DNA of 27,331 bases, taken from the IMG/VR virus record IMGVR_UViG_3300045135_002598, positions 1 through 27,331 of that record, one strand, 5' to 3'. Source of the DNA: a virus. Lineage: Duplodnaviria; Caudoviricetes. Positions 25,775-27,331 of the stretch are shown here, piece by piece; position 1 is the first letter of the stretch; the number at the start of each line of letters is the position of its first letter. A program made the position numbers and the translations under genes. The notes below the pieces were generated by a model. It did no database searches. It had not been told where the DNA came from and saw nothing but the letters and a program-made list of their open reading frames with translations.

Positions 25775-27331
25775 TTTCTCCCCATGAGGAACCAACCTCA
25801 CAGTCTACTTTAGAAGGAACTCTTAACTCAACAGCACTCTCCATTATCTCTACAATTTTTTTCTTTTGTTCTTCTGAGTGTACAGAAATATCTAACTCAT
25901 CATGTACTTGAATTAAAGGTGTGATACCTTCTTTGAATACATCAATCATTGCTTTCTTTGTTTGATCCGCAGCAGAGCCTTGAATTAATCTATTTAATGC
26001 TTTGTATGTAAAGGCACGGCGTATTCTATTAATACCACCATGTTCTGCCTCTGCCTCTTTTTGTGGTAGTGGTTTATGAATACCATACGTTGCAGGCTCC
26101 CACATATCAAAACGACATTTACGACCTAGTATAGTGCGAATATAACCCCTGTTTTGAGCTCTATTCATTGTGCCCTCTGTTAATGCTTTTACAAAAGGAA
26201 CAGTAGAATGATATTGTTTAAACACATCATCCACATCCTCTTTATCTAATCCTAATTCAGAACCAAGCTTACCTTTACCCATGCCATACATCATACCAAG
26301 GTTAATTGTTTTTGCTTGTTTACGATCTATTCCTGCCATATCAGCTACGATCTGATGAAAGTCAGTATCTCTTTCATTATTATAATCATCTAATAATTTT
26401 TTTACCGTGCCAACGTCCCACTTAGTTGACTCACTAACCAAGGCTCCGTAATGAATAAGAAGTCTAGGTTCTTGTTGAGAATAGTCAAAACATCCCCACT
26501 CTTCTCCTTTTTCTGGAACAAAAAGTTCTCTTATCTTTGGACCTATATCTTTATTACGAGCTGGTATCTGTTGTAGATTAGGATTTTGCATGCTCAATCT
26601 TCCTGATATAGTGCCTCCTGTATCTGAACGTAATTGATTTACATCTGCATGTATGCGACCACGATAAGAATGTTTTAATATAGAATCTATAAATGTTGTT
26701 CTTGCTTTATTTAACTCTCTTGCTTTCACTATATTCTGTGCAAACTCATGAGAATGAGTTACTAAAAAGTTTTTATCAAAGCTTGGTAATCCTGTTGGTG
26801 TTCTGTTATATTTTATTTTAAGTTTATCAAAAGCTTTTGCAATTGATAATGGAGCAAGTATCTCCACCTCAAAGCCACATGTTTTATATAAGCTACGTAA
26901 TATCTTCTTCTCTGCATCTTCAAAATCTTTTTTAATACGCTCTGCTTTTTCTGTATCAATGCGAACCCCCTTCTTTTTCATAGCAAATAAAACAGGAAAT
27001 AATTCTGATTCAGTATTAAATATACTTGATAAATCTTCTCTTACTATTTCTCGTTGTAATACTTTCCATAACTTCAACGTAACAGCAGCATCCTGTTCAG
27101 CATAAGGACCAACATACATCGGTGGTAGTTTCCACATCTCACTCTTTGCATCCACGCCCCATTCTTTTGCAGCTTCATACAATAACGTTTCTGATTTTGT
27201 TTCACCTACATACTCTTTTGATAAATCACGAAGAGTATAATTACGTCTGTTCTCATTAAGTAAGGGTGCAGCAATCATGGTATCAATAATCTTACCATGA
27301 ACTTGTAAACCTAAAGCATCTAACCAACCTA
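25767..27331 (-). CDS. polA: Family A DNA polymerase (5'-partial), Leu762 type
   Basis: Motif A DYSQQEPR, motif B RKQAKTINLGMMYG, motif C VHDE, 'GRLS...PNLQQIP', ExoIII YAEQD; frame open to the window edge (GWLDALGLQVHGKIIDTM). Confidence 0.97.
   Translation of the reverse strand, partial: GWLDALGLQVHGKIIDTMIAAPLLNENRRNYTLRDLSKEYVGETKSETLLYEAAKEWGVDAKSEMWKLPPMYVGPYAEQDAAVTLKLWKVLQREIVREDLSSIFNTESELFPVLFAMKKKGVRIDTEKAERIKKDFEDAEKKILRSLYKTCGFEVEILAPLSIAKAFDKLKIKYNRTPTGLPSFDKNFLVTHSHEFAQNIVKARELNKARTTFIDSILKHSYRGRIHADVNQLRSDTGGTISGRLSMQNPNLQQIPARNKDIGPKIRELFVPEKGEEWGCFDYSQQEPRLLIHYGALVSESTKWDVGTVKKLLDDYNNERDTDFHQIVADMAGIDRKQAKTINLGMMYGMGKGKLGSELGLDKEDVDDVFKQYHSTVPFVKALTEGTMNRAQNRGYIRTILGRKCRFDMWEPATYGIHKPLPQKEAEAEHGGINRIRRAFTYKALNRLIQGSAADQTKKAMIDVFKEGITPLIQVHDELDISVHSEEQKKKIVEIMESAVELRVPSKVDCEVGSSWGEIE

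Noticed and set aside
1-27331. tRNA/rRNA genes, integrase, endolysin, reverse transcriptase/DGR
   Set aside because: None recognised; intergenic space is minimal.

Overview
Gene-dense, AT-rich segment of a dsDNA tailed phage with podovirus-style morphogenesis genes. It resembles marine SAR11/alphaproteobacterial phages, but the host is an inference. Layout: (i) 1-4583 (+) head-tail adaptor-like, repeat-rich, tail-fibre and collar genes; (ii) 4574-16484 (-) a ~11.9 kb opposite-strand block with nine 2OG-Fe(II) oxygenase-like genes, a GT-A glycosyltransferase, a split NodU/CmcH carbamoyltransferase and an HD-like/oxygenase fusion, interleaved with core tail genes (614-aa stabilisation/nozzle protein and small neighbours) and interrupted by one + strand 78-aa gene ending in an NrdA-like CxxC tail; (iii) 16623-25274 (+) internal virion/ejection proteins, preceded by a sigma70-like promoter and a leader that can form either an H-type pseudoknot or an RBS-sequestering helix; (iv) 25267-27331 (-) a small protein, a PD-(D/E)xK nuclease and a 5'-truncated Leu762-type family A DNA polymerase. 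Best leads: a putative hydroxylate/glycosylate/carbamoylate modification system embedded in the tail module, the switch-like leader RNA, and the stand-alone RNR-tail-like protein. All family calls are from motif recognition by eye; no searches were run.
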